A stretch of DNA of 64,000 bases, taken from assembly GCA_030390025.1 (NCBI GenBank), contig CM059438.1, positions 65,474,001 through 65,538,000 of the forward strand. The letters are read 5' to 3'. Under the pieces are notes generated by a model, which was given only the letters and a program-made list of their open reading frames with translations, did not search any database and was not told the origin of the DNA. Of this stretch, positions 50,976-63,844 are shown in pieces. This DNA comes from Squalus acanthias (Eukaryota). The translations under genes were made by a program, and so were the position numbers. Numbering within the stretch: the stretch's first letter is position 1; each line of letters opens with the position of its first letter.

Positions 50976-52800
50976 CATGTGTCCCGAGTGCTTATTTGCT
51001 GCAATTATTTCTCATTAAATCACTTCCTAATTGTTTTTGTCAAAATAGTTACTTCCATTGTATGACTTGAAGCTGCCTGTGAAGATGAGTAAATATAGAT
51101 TTTGCATCCAAAGCATTATGCACATTTACAATTAGAATGGCAAAATATTGCAGAGTAAATCTAACCGCTCTGCGTTTAATATTGTTTTCCTTAAATGGTA
51201 TTGACACACAGGATAAGACCTGGGATAGTGCACAACAGTAATATTGTTAATTCTATGTCTCGTCTTTATTTAGGCCAGAAAAAGTAGCTTAAATGTATGC
51301 ATAATATGGTGTGCTTCAGTACAATCATTTCTGTCTAAACTATAGTCATTTTCTGCCAATGTAACATTACTCTTTAATGTGCCGTGGCCTGCCTTATCAT
51401 TTGTATTGTTTATAACTCCTGGATTAATGAAGTGCACAGAATACCCTAATTATAATTCGCATATCACTGGTACATGCTGCCTATATGGTTCCTAAGGGAG
51501 TATGGTAATGAGGGGGCTTACTCTACCTTCACAGTTCTTAATTGGTGAGGGCAACAAATGGTGTGAAAACGCAATTTTTATTATTAGTTATCAGCACCCC
51601 TCCAAAAATGTATAACCTTTGGCAGAGATTTTCATCCTGCTGTTGATAAAATTAGCTGTGCAAATGATCCACTTTATCACCACATAGTGAAGGATGAGCC
51701 ATGTACTAGCAGTTGAGCACATTTATAAAAGGCGGCCTCTTAGAAGTACTTGAGTTGTGCCGTCTAAAGCTGGGAATAAACATGTCTTACCTGTATCTAG
51801 TGATTTTGACTAACAATGGGCCATAACTTGCTGTAGGAATGAATCTAACGGCATCTGCTGTCAGTTAGACTTACCCGTGCACGCTTAGGTTTTAAAGTTT
51901 TTTAGGTGGCAAGTTGCTGAAAGTGCGAGCTGATAACAGCGCAGCGAGGGACACCAGGCATCTGGGACCTGAGTCAACAGGGCAAGCAACTGTGTATCTC
52001 CTCAACCAATCAGATTCAATCATAGAATCATGCAGAACGGAAGGAGGAAAGAGCTGTCGCACTCCCCAGCTTTTTCCCAATAACCCTGCAAATAAGTCCT
52101 CTTCAAATACATGTCAATTTGCCTTTTGAAATTTACTATGGAATCTGATTCCACCACCCTTTCAGGTAGTACGTTCCATATCGTAACAATGAAGGTTTGT
52201 AAACTTAACACCGCAAGGACTGAGAAGAAAGTGAAAATTAGAATGGGTGAATTCAATGTCAAATCAGGTACAGAAAGAGAAATAAAGGCCGCGATTTTGC
52301 CAGCACTTAGCGGACCTGATTGGTGGCAGGTCAGCTGTGAAATTTAAAATGATTGACAGCGGGTCAGGAACCCGCTGTCAAAACGCGCACACTTGCATTT
52401 CCCAATGTCGGATCTGCCAGCACTGAGCAGACCCGACGGGCAGCGGTGGGGGAGCCAATTCAAATCATTAGTGGCTTGTTTACAGCCACTTAACAATGCT
52501 TTCCCCCCCCAGCTTTTTAACTTTCACAGGTCTCCCATGGGTTTCCCGCTGTGCCGAGACCTCGTCTGTGAAGCTGAGGCGGGAGGTCAGTGGCCATTGA
52601 ATCAGCTGAAGAGTTGACAGCTTCAAATGTCAACTCAAAGATCCCAGCTGATTCAGCTATCTTCCCTTAAGCACTAGCATCTCTAAACTGCATTTCCATA
52701 ACAGATTCAGAATGCTGCAAGTCTTTACACAAGTCTCCATGCAGTCTGACTTCATTACCTCTCCCACCATTGACAGATCGTTTCTGTCATCTCTACTTCA

Positions 52801-53332
52801 GGCTGGGAGGAAAAAGTGTGGAAGAGCTATAGTGATAGGGGATTCAATTGTAAGGGGAATAGATAGGCGTTTCTGCGGCCGCAATCGAGACTCCAGGATG
52901 GTGTGTTGCCTCCCTGGTGCAAGGGTCAAGGACGTCTCGGAGCGGCTACAGAACATTTTGGAGGGGGAGGGCGAGCAGCCAGTTGTCGTGGTGCACATAG
53001 GCATCAACGATATAGGTAAAAAACGGGATGAGGTCCTAAAAGCAGAATATAGGGAGTTAGGAGGTAAATTACAAAAGAGGACCTCAAAGGTAGTAATCTC
53101 AGGATTGCTACCAGTGCCACGTGCTAGTCAGAGTAGAAATAGGAGGATATTTCAAATGAATACGTGGCTAGAGGAATGGTGCAAGGGGGAGGGATTCAAA
53201 TTCCTTGGACATTGGAACTGGTTCTGGGGGAGGTGGGACCAGTACAAACGGGATGGTCTGCACCTGGGCAGGGCCGGGACCAATGTCCTAGGGGGAGTGT
53301 TTGCTAGTGCTGTTGGGGAGGGTTTAAACTAA
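52801..53332 (+). CDS. CR1 ORF1 SGNH/GDSL esterase domain (5'-truncated)
   Basis: VIGDSIVR, CLPGA, VVHIGINDI and DGLHL blocks. Confidence 0.9.
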
Positions 53333-53454
53333 AGTGGCAGGGGGTCGGGAACCTGAGCAGGGAGACAGAGGAAAGGGAAACGAGGATAAAAGCTAAAGAC
53401 AGGAAGGAGAAAAACAAAAGTAGAAGGCAAAGAACTCAACGGTTTAAATCAAAC

Positions 53455-56314
53455 ATGGTAACAGTAAATAATAATTCATATAGGTCTGAGAGCGTTAAAA
53501 AAACAAGCCTGAAGGCTTTGTGTCTTAATGCAAGGAGCATTCGGAACAAGGTGGATGAATTAGCTGCTCAAATAGAGGTAAATGAATACGATTTGATTGG
53601 GATTACAGAAACATGGCTCCAGGGTGGTCAAGGCTGGGATCTCAACATACAGGGTTATTCAATATTTAGGAAAGATAGGCAAAAAAGAAAGGGAGGTGGG
53701 GTAGCATTGCTGGTTAAAGAGGGGATTAACACAATTGAAAGGAAGGATATTAGCTCTGATGATGCGGAATCTGTATGGGTAGAACTGAGAAATAACAAGG
53801 GGCAGAAAATGTTAGTGGGAGTGGTATATAGACCTCCAAACAGTAATACGGAGGTTGGGGATGGCATTAAAAGGGAAATTAGAGAAGCATGCAGTAAGGG
53901 CACAGCAGTCATCATGGGTGACTTTAATTTACATATAGATTGGGCTAACCAAATTAGTAAAAATACTGTGGAGGAGGAATTCCTAGAATGTTTACGAGAT
54001 GGTTTTCTGGAACAATATGTCGAGGAACCAACCAGAGATCAGGCCATCTTAGACTGGATATTATGTAACGAGAAAGGATTAATTAGCAATCTTGTTGTAC
54101 GAGGCCCCTTGGGTCAGAGTGATCATAATATGATAGAATTCTTCATTAGGATGGAGAGTGAAGTCGTTGAATCAGAGATAAGGGTCCTGAATTTAAATAA
54201 AGGAAACTACGATGGTATGAGGCGCGAATTGGGTAGGATTGATTGGGGAATGTCACTCAAGGGGTTGACGGTGGATAGGCAATGACAAACATTCAAAGAC
54301 TGCATGGATGAACTACAGAATTTGTTCATCCCAGTGTGGCATAAGAATAAAACAAAAAGGGTGACTCAACCGTGGCTAACAAGGGAAATTAGGGATAGCA
54401 TAAGATCCAAGGAGAGGGCATATAAATTGGCCAGAAAAAGCGGTAGCCCTGAGGATTGGGAGCAGTTTAGGATTCAACAAAGGAGGACAAAGGGATTAAT
54501 TAAGAAGGGGAAAATAGAAAATGAAAGTAAGTTTGCTGGGAACATAAAAACTGACTGTAAGAGCTTTTATAGATATGTGAAGAGAAAAAGATTAGTGAAA
54601 TCAAGTGTAGGTCCCTTGCAGTCAGAAGCGGGGGAAGTTATAATGGGGAACAAAGAAATAGCAGACCAATTAAATGCATATTTTGGTTCTGTCTTCACAA
54701 AGGAGGACACAAATAACCTCCCAGAGATGTTGGAGAACATACGGTCTGATGAAAGAGAGGAACTGAAAGAAATCAGTATTTGCAGGGAAATGGTGTTAGG
54801 GAAATTGACCGGATTGAAGGCCGATAAATCCCCAGGGCCTGATAATCTACATCCTAGGGTACTTAAGGAAGTGGCCCTAGAAATAGTAGATGCATTGCTG
54901 ATCATCTTCCAACATTCGATGGAATCTGGAACTGTACCCATGGATTGGAGGGTAGCCAATGTTACCCCACTATTCAAAAAGGGTGGTAGAGAGAAAACGG
55001 GGAATTACAGACCGGTAAGCCTGACATCGGTATTGGGGAAAATGCTAGAGTCCATTATAAAGGATGTAATAGCTGAGCACTTGAAAAACAGTGACAGGAT
55101 TGGACAAAGTCAACATGGATTTACAAAAGGTAAATCGTGCTTGAGTAATCTACTGGAATTTTTTGAGGATGTAACTGGGAAAATAGATAAGGGAGAACCA
55201 GTAGATGTGGTGTATTTGGACTTTCAAAAGGCTTTCGATAAGGTCCCGCATAAGAGATTAGCGTGTAAAGTTAAGGCACATGGGATTGGGGGCAAGGTAT
55301 TGACTTGGATAGAGAACTGGTTGGCGGACAGAAAGCAGAGAGTAGGAATTAATGGGTCTTTTTCCAAGTGGCAAGCAGTGACTAGTGGGGTACCGCAGGG
55401 ATCGGTCCTTGGACCCCAGCTATTCACAATATACATTCATGATCTAGATAAGGGAACTAAATGTAATATCTCCAAGTTTGCAGATGACACAAAGCTGGGT
55501 GGGAGTGTGTGCTGCGAGGAGGATACCGAGAAACTCCAGGATGATTTGGACAGGTTGGGTGAGTGGGCAGAAGCGTGGCAGATGCAATATAACGTGGATA
55601 AGTGCGAGGTTATCCACTTTGTTGTCAAAACAGAAAGGCAGACTATTATCTGAATGGCAATAGATTGGGAGAAGGGGAAGTGCAACGAGACCTGGGTGTC
55701 CTTGTACACCAGTCGCTGAAAGTAAGCATGCAGGTGCAGCAGGCGGTGAAGAAGGCAAATGGTATGTTGGCCTTCATAGCGAAAGGGTTTGAGTATAGGA
55801 ACAGGGATGTCCTGCTGCAGTTGTACAGGGCCTTGGTGAGACCACACCTTGAGTATTGTGTGCAGTTTTGGTCGCCTTATCTGAGGAAGGATGTTCTTGC
55901 CATGGAAGGAGTTCAGCGAAGATTCACAAGGCTGATACCTGGGATGGCAGGAATGACATATGAGGAGAGATTGGGTCGATTGGGCTTATACTTGCTGGAG
56001 TATAGAAGAATGAGAGGGGATCTCATCGAAACATATAAAATTCTGACAGGTCTGGACAAACTAGATGCAGGAAAATGTTCCTGATGGTCGGTGAGTGCAG
56101 AACCAGGGGTCATAATCTAAGGATAACGGGTAAGCCATTTAGGACAGAAATGAGGAAGAATTTCTTCACCCAGAGAGTGGTGAACCTGTGGAATTCTCTA
56201 CCACAGAAGGTAGTTGAGGCCAAGTCATTAAATATATTCAAGAATGAGTTAGATATATTTCTTAAAGCTAAAGGTATCAAGGGATATGGGGAGAAGGCAG
56301 GTACAGGGTACTGA
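53455..56314 (+). pseudogene. CR1 ORF2 (APE endonuclease plus RT), inactivated by one TGA (54283) and two 1-nt frameshifts (~55622, ~56075)
   Basis: LNARS, ITETW, YRPP, GDFN, SDH; QHGF, DFQKAFD, PQGSVLGP, FADD; ORFs 53455, 54304, 55602 and 56075 are colinear. Confidence 0.95.
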
Positions 56315-58950
56315 GTTTGGATGATCAGCCATGATCTCATCGAATGGCGGAGCAGGCTCGAGGGCCCGAATGGCCTACTCCTGCTCCTATCTTCTATGTT
56401 TCTATGTTTCAACTGCTATCTATTCCATCAGCATGGGTGCACTTTATACTCTCTCTCCTTGATCCTCAGAATCTGACCATGATCAGCCCCAACACCAGCA
56501 TTACCAGGCACACCAACAGCACCAACAACAACACCAACCTTCTCCGCAATCACCTGATGCTGCACAGGACAGAGGGCATCAGCACCCGACCACATTGTTG
56601 CTCAGGACACCAGGGATGGCCTCACCATGGCCACATTTACTTCACTTGACGCTGCACACCCTGGCTGCCACATGATGCACCAGGTTGGCACCACCCCACA
56701 CCAACAACATAAAGCATCCCTACAATGCCCAAGCCAATCCTTTCACACTCATCAGCATTGCGGGGGATACCGTTACATCTCACCATTCACTGCAACTCAC
56801 TAAACCACTTCCAAAGGTGCACACAAATCTGTCCAAGAAAGCAAAGTGTTGAAAATAAAAATTTCAATGTTTGACAGCACATTAACAGAAACTTCACATG
56901 AACATTGGCTAAAACACCCAAGTGCCTACCCTTGTGTGTTGTTATTTGGTATGATTGGACTAGGATGAGGGTGAGTATGAGGGGTGGCTAGTGAGATGGG
57001 GAAGTGATAATGTAGCTGGAGAGGGATGGGTGGATGTGCAAGGTAAGTTGGTGTGAGTAAGGATGTGCAGGAGTAGGGTAGGGAAGGCAGAGTGGTGGGG
57101 ATGTGATGAGAGACACAGTAGGATGAGGTTGAGTGTGGCTTTGCAGTAACATTTTGTGATCTACTGAGATCATTGAAAGGTTTGCGCCACTGCAGCCTGG
57201 TCCTCCTGACGACATCCCTGCTTGTGCCCTCCTGTGTAATGTGCAAACAGGCTGTGTTGGTCTCCTGGGGAGGTCTCTTCTGCCCATGGGAAGGGAAGAG
57301 GACCTCCCTGCATGCTGTGACTCCCTGCATAAGCATATGGAGGGAGTCATGGGAGAGCCTGGGTGCAGCCGTGTACCTCTGCAGTGCTTGTCAGTGTTTG
57401 CAGCACCTCAATGCTGTAGAACACAAATGTCAAAGTCAATTTGCGCATGGTCCCTTTAAGGAAACTGGCTGGTGGCACGTCATAAATGATGTCACCAGGC
57501 CTGCTTCCTTTAACTGACCGGGAAACTCGCTGGGCGGGCCTAACAAGCCCAATCAGGGGAACGTCAGGTCGGAGGCCGGGATGGAGCCAGCAGCGGGGTT
57601 GGGACCCGCCACCAACTTTGCCCGCCACGGACCCGCCGAGGTCGGGAAAATTGCGGCCAAAGCGAGGGAAAGAAAGACTGGATTGAGAGAGAAAAAAAGA
57701 CAAAGAAAAAGTTTTAAAAAAAATTAATGTTAAATTTTTAAATCTCCCACAGCAATTAAAATCTGAATGAATGAGACTCCACACTTGTAATAGTTATGTT
57801 CTAGTGCCAGAGAGGTTGCCTGGCAGTAATTAACATTTATCGCAGTGTTAAAAGGCTACTTAGACTGAAATGGACAAAACTTAACTTTATTACTGCACAA
57901 GTACAGTAACTTCATTCCGCACAATACATTTCAATGGTGAGACAGACAGCGAGATGCCGTTTTCATGATGCTAACAGCAGACCGGCGCAACTCAGACAGC
58001 AACTTTTGGATTTCCATTTTTAACTTCTGGTTACCAACCATTTTGCCAGTGGAAATAGTTACCCTTTATTTACTCTATCAAAACCCTTCATAATTTTGAA
58101 CATCTCTAATGGTGACAGGAATAAATACTTAATCTGAGTTGATGCCAAAATCTGAGTTTAACGTATCAGCCTTGGCTCAGTGGTAGCATTCTCGCCTCCT
58201 GTGTCAGAAGGTCATGGGTTCAAGTTCCACTCCAGAGGCTTCATACGTAATCCGGGCTGACATCTCCGTGCTGAGGGAGTGCTAAACTTTCAGAGGTGAT
58301 AAACCATCTTCCCTTTCAGGTGGATGTAAAAGATCCCATGGCATTATTTGAAGAAGAGCAGGGGAGTTTTCCTCGGTGCCCTGGCCAGCATTTATCCCTC
58401 AACCAACATCTCTTTTTAAAAAAAAACAGATTAGCTGGTCATTATCTCTTTGCTGTTCATGGGGTTCTGCATTTCTTACATTGCAACAGTGACTATACTT
58501 CGAAAAGTACTTAATTGGCTGTAAAGCGTTTTGGGACTTTCTGAGGTCATGAAGGGCGCTGTATAAATGCACATTTTTTTCTTTCTTCTATCAAAGGTTT
58601 GTTCATGCCAAACATTTGGAAGAATTTCTAATTACCAAGTCTGGGGTTTTTTGCACCACTTCGTTGGATTCTCAGCATAATTCTCCAAACCTGATACTAC
58701 TAAGCTACTCTCGGCTTTTATATAGTCTCCTCATTTAAATTTAAATGAATGTTTCTCCTTAGGTGTAAATTGCCACTCATTAACAGCCATCAACACCAAG
58801 TACATAATGTTGGCATCTTGCAGGGAGACATCTGTGATTGATGAAAGCAAAATACTGCAGATGCTGGATATCTGAAATAAAAATAGAAAATGCTGGAAAC
58901 ACTCAGCAGGTCAGGCAGCAAATGTGGACAGAGAGAGAAACAGAGTTATC

Positions 58951-59690
58951 GGGCTGGATTTTCTCTGTGGTGGCGGGATGGTGGCAGGATCGCTGGTTGC
59001 CGGGTTCCGGTCCCACTCCCGTCTGCAGCCGCTCTGTCAAAGGAATTTTCCCTTGATTGGTCTTGTTAAGCCCGCCCTGCGGTCTTCCCGGCCAATTAAC
59101 AGGAAGCGTGCCTGATGACGTTATTTGATGACGCGTCATCAGCCGGTTTCCTTAAAGGGACCATGGCCACATTGAGTTTGACTGCTGTCAAACACTGACA
59201 GAACAACTTTGAGGTGCTGCAAACACTGACACGCACTGCACAAAGGTGCAGGGCTGCACCCAGGCTCTCCAATGACTCCCTCCATATGCTTATGGAGGGA
59301 GTCACAGCATGCAGGGAGGTCCTCTTCCCTTCCAAGGGCGGAAGAGACCTCCCCAGTAGATCAGTGTAGCCCGGTTGCACATTGCACAGGAGGTCAAAAG
59401 CAGGGATGTCGTCAGGTGTCCCTGGCTGCAGTGGCGCCAACCTTTCAATGATCTCAGTGGATCACGAAACGTTACTGCAAAGCCACTCTCAACCTCATCC
59501 TGCTGTGCCACTCAACACATCCCCATCACTCTGCCTTCCATACCCTTCTCCTGCACATCCTTACTCACACCAACTTACCTTGCACCTCCACCCATCCCTC
59601 TCTCTACATTATCACTTCCCCATATCACTAGCCACCCCTCACACTCACCCTCATCCTACTGCAAGCATACCAACTAACAACACACAAGCC
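58951..59690 (+). mobile_element. Partial Harbinger element with Myb/SANT remnant
   Basis: Starts gggctggatttt; RAAPRLSNDSLHMLMEGVTACREVLFP...LHIAQEVKSRDVVRCPWLQWRQPFNDL; homolog of 56930-57658. Confidence 0.8.
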
Positions 59691-60394
59691 TCCTCCCATC
59701 CTAGTTCATCTCACCCTATCAGCATATCCTTCTATTCCTTTCTCCCTCATGTACCTATGTAGCCTCCCCAGGGAAAATTCTACAACAGCAGCACAGAATG
59801 ATTTTTGCAATCTAGGAGACAGTAGCAGAAGATTTCCTTTACGCATTATTTGTAACAAAATGGTAAATGTGTTCTTTTTACGAAGACACAAACAGAGCAA
59901 ATCATCCCCTGCTGGGCCACTCTTAATGAGAGGGACCTCGCAAACACAGTTTTATATCTTAAAAAGTACAAGGAGGCAATAAAGCAGACCATCTGGGATG
60001 TTTACACATCGTAAATACTTTAAGCACTCATTAGGAAGATTAATTTCCTGCAGGGTTGTTGCTGCCCCGGAACACAGAGCTCCAACCACACTCGTACTGC
60101 CCTGCTCTGATATTTCAGTTTCCTATACCACCCACCTTCATCCTCTCTCTGAATTAGACTCCCAATGTATTGCTTAATTTGAACAGATGTGGGCCTTTTT
60201 TTTGTGGTGTGGGGGCTTTTTTTCCTGTTCAATGTTGATGTATTATTGATGTTGCTTCTAGTACTGCTTGTGGCTTGAGGTACATATTGGGCAGATAAAT
60301 GTGCCCAATTGGCAAACTGTCAGCTCTCTTGGATGACACTGTCACTTTTAATTTGTGTGGAGAAAGTAAGTCAGGCATTTGAACAATGGCAAAT

Positions 60395-60497
60395 TGAACT
60401 GATGAAAGGTCATCGACCTGAAACGTTAACTCTGTTTGTCTCTCCACAGATGCTGCCTGACCTGCTGAGTGTTTCCAGCATTTTCTGCTTTTATTTG
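60395..60497 (+). mobile_element. Penelope 3' fragment with minimal hammerhead core
   Basis: CTGATGA-a-aggtc-atc-gacct-GAAAC-gtta followed by the family tail. Confidence 0.75.
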
Positions 60498-60758
60498 AAC
60501 AACGGCAGTTGTTTTATTGGCAGTACGAGTGCAAGGGGAGGGGTGATAGCTGTTTCTCATATGATTTATTGGACAACAAAATTCAAATAGTTCGAGCAAT
60601 TTAAAAAAAAAACAAGTTTAGAACCAGACAATTTATACAGGCATGACATAAATAATCAACTTACAGGAGTTTGGTAGCAAAGTAAAATGAGCGTTATCTT
60701 TCTCCTCACTTACAGTATGACAGACTTTTCCCCAGCTGGCATCATGACTGGGGGATTC

Positions 60759-60995
60759 TGAGGTTATGACCTTAACTGCCTCCAAGGATCATGGTACTTG
60801 ACGTAAGAAAACTACTAGGCACTTGGTCTAAGCGTTAAACAAAGCTTTAATCAACTGTTTTTCAACATGGAGATCTAGTTGTGTCCTTCACTAGTTCCTG
60901 TTGAGGAATGTCCTAAGCAAGCTGGGCCCATGCCCGAGTATTTATACTCTCCCTGGACAGCGCCACCAGCAGGCCGCCCAGTATTACTTCATACA
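60759..60995 (-). mobile_element. Possible Gypsy-type LTR remnant
   Basis: - strand starts tgtatg and has ctgctggtggcgct, TATAAATA and ATTAAA; no TSD confirmed. Confidence 0.35.
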
Positions 60996-62375
60996 TGAAT
61001 GACAAGATTCATGTCAGTACTTGTTAAGTTTTTTTGTTGCAAACCATAGCCAGGGGTGAACTGGGCATGTAAGAAATCGGGAGATTTCCTGATTGCCCCT
61101 GGGGAATAGTCCATATCGCTGTATTATCGGCGCCCATTTTTCTGTGAGAATTCCAAAGAATCTGAAGCTCTTTCAGGAGAGCTAGTCCGACCCTGGTCAT
61201 AGACCACCATTGGGAGCGCTCAGTTGTTTCGTCCAAAGTTCTTAACAACTTCTTTTTGATTTTTGTCCTTTTGTAGAACATTCATAACATTTTTAAAAGC
61301 ATCTGCCTGGAAACTTCTCTTTATTGGCTTACTTCATCATCATAAATTAGTAAGGGTGAGGGGACGGGGGAAAGCATGTCTTATATTCTTTAAATATAAC
61401 TTAAATTCTACCAAGACAAGCTTGCTGCTTCCAGGACTAAAAACTACGAGCCAAATCAAGAGCATGAACCCAGTTACATGGATCCTTCCAAGATGTCATC
61501 CAACTCTATGGGCATTTATCAGAGATCATGATTGCACGATTGCCCTGATCTGTATCAACAGAGATTTGGCACAAAAGTGCTCCAAATTTGGGACTAAACT
61601 GGCAATCTATTGAAAGAAGCCATAGAAAATATTGGTATTGGAAGTGTTCACACTGGTGCACCAGGAGGTCCCTTCTGGTAGTGAAACTGGAGAATGTTGT
61701 TGAAACAGATTAGATGGAGCTTTGTTATTTATTCGATTGGTGATGCATGTCACCTTGCAGAGTCTAAGATTAACGGGATACAAAGTAGAACAAGATTTTA
61801 TTTCCAAGCACTTAGAGCCCCCATTTCATTAAAATGAAAAAGAGAGGGGAAAAATTACTCTTTCCAGGAAACCAAATAAACTGTTGAAATGGATCATCTA
61901 TGTATAAAAACCCAGATTTTCCATTGGCCCAGTGGCCAAATCATGACTATTTTCCTATCAGGAGAAGGGGGGTTAAGTAAGGTCTCTTTAAGGCTAAGTT
62001 GGTCCCATGATGATTTGCCAAAATTAGAACTGAGCCAATCCCCTGTGGCAGAGTCAGTAACCCAATAAATAAGACAGACAGGTCCACAGTACTCCAGGGT
62101 GACTCAGTGATGGGACTTGGATGGGTAAACCCATCATTGGAGATGGCCTTCATCCCATTCAGATCCAAATAACCCTCCAAGCCAGTGCACTAAGGGGTAG
62201 ACTGTTCCTAGCTGGGCAATCAGAGGGTTAGGGTTAGGAAAGCTTACCAACGTCCCATGCTTGTAAGCTGCACAATTTTAACCAATTAAAGCCCAGCAGT
62301 ATCTTTACTCCCACTTGATTTCCTTCTGTACTGTTAACCTCAATGGAGTCAATGATGGGCTTCTTCCGCTTTATT

Positions 62376-63135
62376 GGCCCAAAAATTCGGCCTAATACGG
62401 GAGAGTACGCACTGTGTACTCACCCGTATTAGATCCCGAAGTGCTGGTTTCCTGCATGCACTGCGCATGCGCGGGAAACCGGCACTTCCGGTATGGCGAA
62501 GGGGGCGGTTCCTAGGTGAACTGCGTGCGCACTACAGGCTGTGCGCACGCAGCACACTTAGGTTTTTTTTCAGGTTTCAACGCGAGGGTAAGTATTGAAT
62601 CTTCTACACATGCAAAAAGGAGGCGTAAGACCCCTTTTGAACAAGGTAAGTAGTTAATTAAGTATAATTTTTAATTTTTTTCAACAGGTTTATCTTTTTT
62701 AGAGACTTTAAAGAAAGGTAAGTTTATTTTTATAACTTAAAAAATTTAAAATTTTTAAAAAAATTTAATTTTGTTTAAAGTGGTTAATTTATTTAACTAT
62801 AGTTATTTTATTAATGTAATGGGTTTATTTTTAAATTTATTTGAGGTTTAGCTGTTCTTTTGGGGTCTCTTTCAATTCACAGATTTGACATGTCTCCTGT
62901 CAAATCTATGAATGAAAGATAGTCTGCTACCATTGGCTCTCCATGGCCCACGTGATCCCAGAGGTCGCATCGCACTAACTGCGCCCCTGGGACACGCACA
63001 CACTGCGCGCCGGCACTAGGGAGAGGCCCAGGACCCGAAGTTCCTGTGGGCCCAAAACACAACGGCCGGCGCGGAGTGTGATATCGTGCGCGATCCTTAC
63101 CCCCGCGGCAAGCCTCTGAGTCAAATTTCTGGGCC
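62376..63135 (-). mobile_element. Harbinger-type MITE (young family)
   Basis: TIR ggcccaaaaatt / aatttctgggcc, TSD ATT; inverted copy of 6957-7721. Confidence 0.88.
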
Positions 63136-63844
63136 ATTGTAAAACTGTTGCTTCATCTGTTCTTATCATTATCTATGTGATTTCTCATCTACAGCAAAAG
63201 AATCAAGTCAAAATTCTTAGTTTGAGTAATTTCTTATCAACAGTAAAGGTTATAATAAATTTTAATGTGGAATAGGCTGGAGAACTGGAGTAAACCAGTA
63301 TAAACAATGTCCTTTTAATTCTGAGATCAGGGCTTGCATCTGGGAATGGGAAGACCTCTGAGTCAGTAGGTTGCAGGTTCAAGTCCCACGCCAGGGACTG
63401 GAGCACTAAAATTATGCTGACACTCCAGTGCAGTACTGAGGGAGTGCGTCTTTTGGATGAAACGTTAAACCGAGGCCTCGTCTGCCCTCTCAGGAGGATG
63501 TGAACAATTCCATAACACTATTTAAAGAAGAGCTAGGGAGCTCTCCCCGGTGTTGTGGCTAGCATGTATCCCTCAACCAACATCACTAGGACAAATTATC
63601 TGGTCATTTATCTCATTGCTGTTTGTGAGATTTTGCTGCTGTGTTTCCTACATTACAACAGTGACTACACTTCAAAAGTACTTCATTGGCTGTGAAACGC
63701 TTTGGGATGTCCTGAGGTCACAAAAGGCGCTATATAAATGCAAGTTCTTTTTTTCCTTTCTCGTGCAGTCCCCCAGTCAAGTAAACCCCACTAAATACAA
63801 GTAAATACAAAATCACATGTAATATTTAAATGGCATTTGGAGGT

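Larger units (their letters stand above)
52801..56409 (+). mobile_element. Young, nearly complete CR1 LINE
   Basis: ORF1 esterase, ORF2 APE-RT and (ttctatgt)n tail; possible TSD ttca. Confidence 0.97.
52287..57658. mobile_element. Harbinger deletion derivative (about 1.76 kb without the nested CR1)
   Basis: TIR ggccgcgatttt / aaaattgcggcc, TSD AAA; Myb/SANT remnant on - strand 57165-57380 (HMLMQGVTACREVLFPSHGQKRPP...RRTRLQWRKPFNDL). Confidence 0.85.

Noticed and set aside
58165..58235. tRNA-like sequences (also at ~38060, 42530 and 46135)
   Set aside because: These are SINE heads continuing into Deu domains, with no complete cloverleaf.
62225..62238. Telomeric TTAGGG-like repeat
   Set aside because: Only about two units, which is expected by chance.
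172..63804. Numerous 60-150 aa ORFs in the track
   Set aside because: Nearly all lie in SINEs or MITEs or are antisense to LINE ORFs. Repeated peptides reflect repeat copies, not genes.
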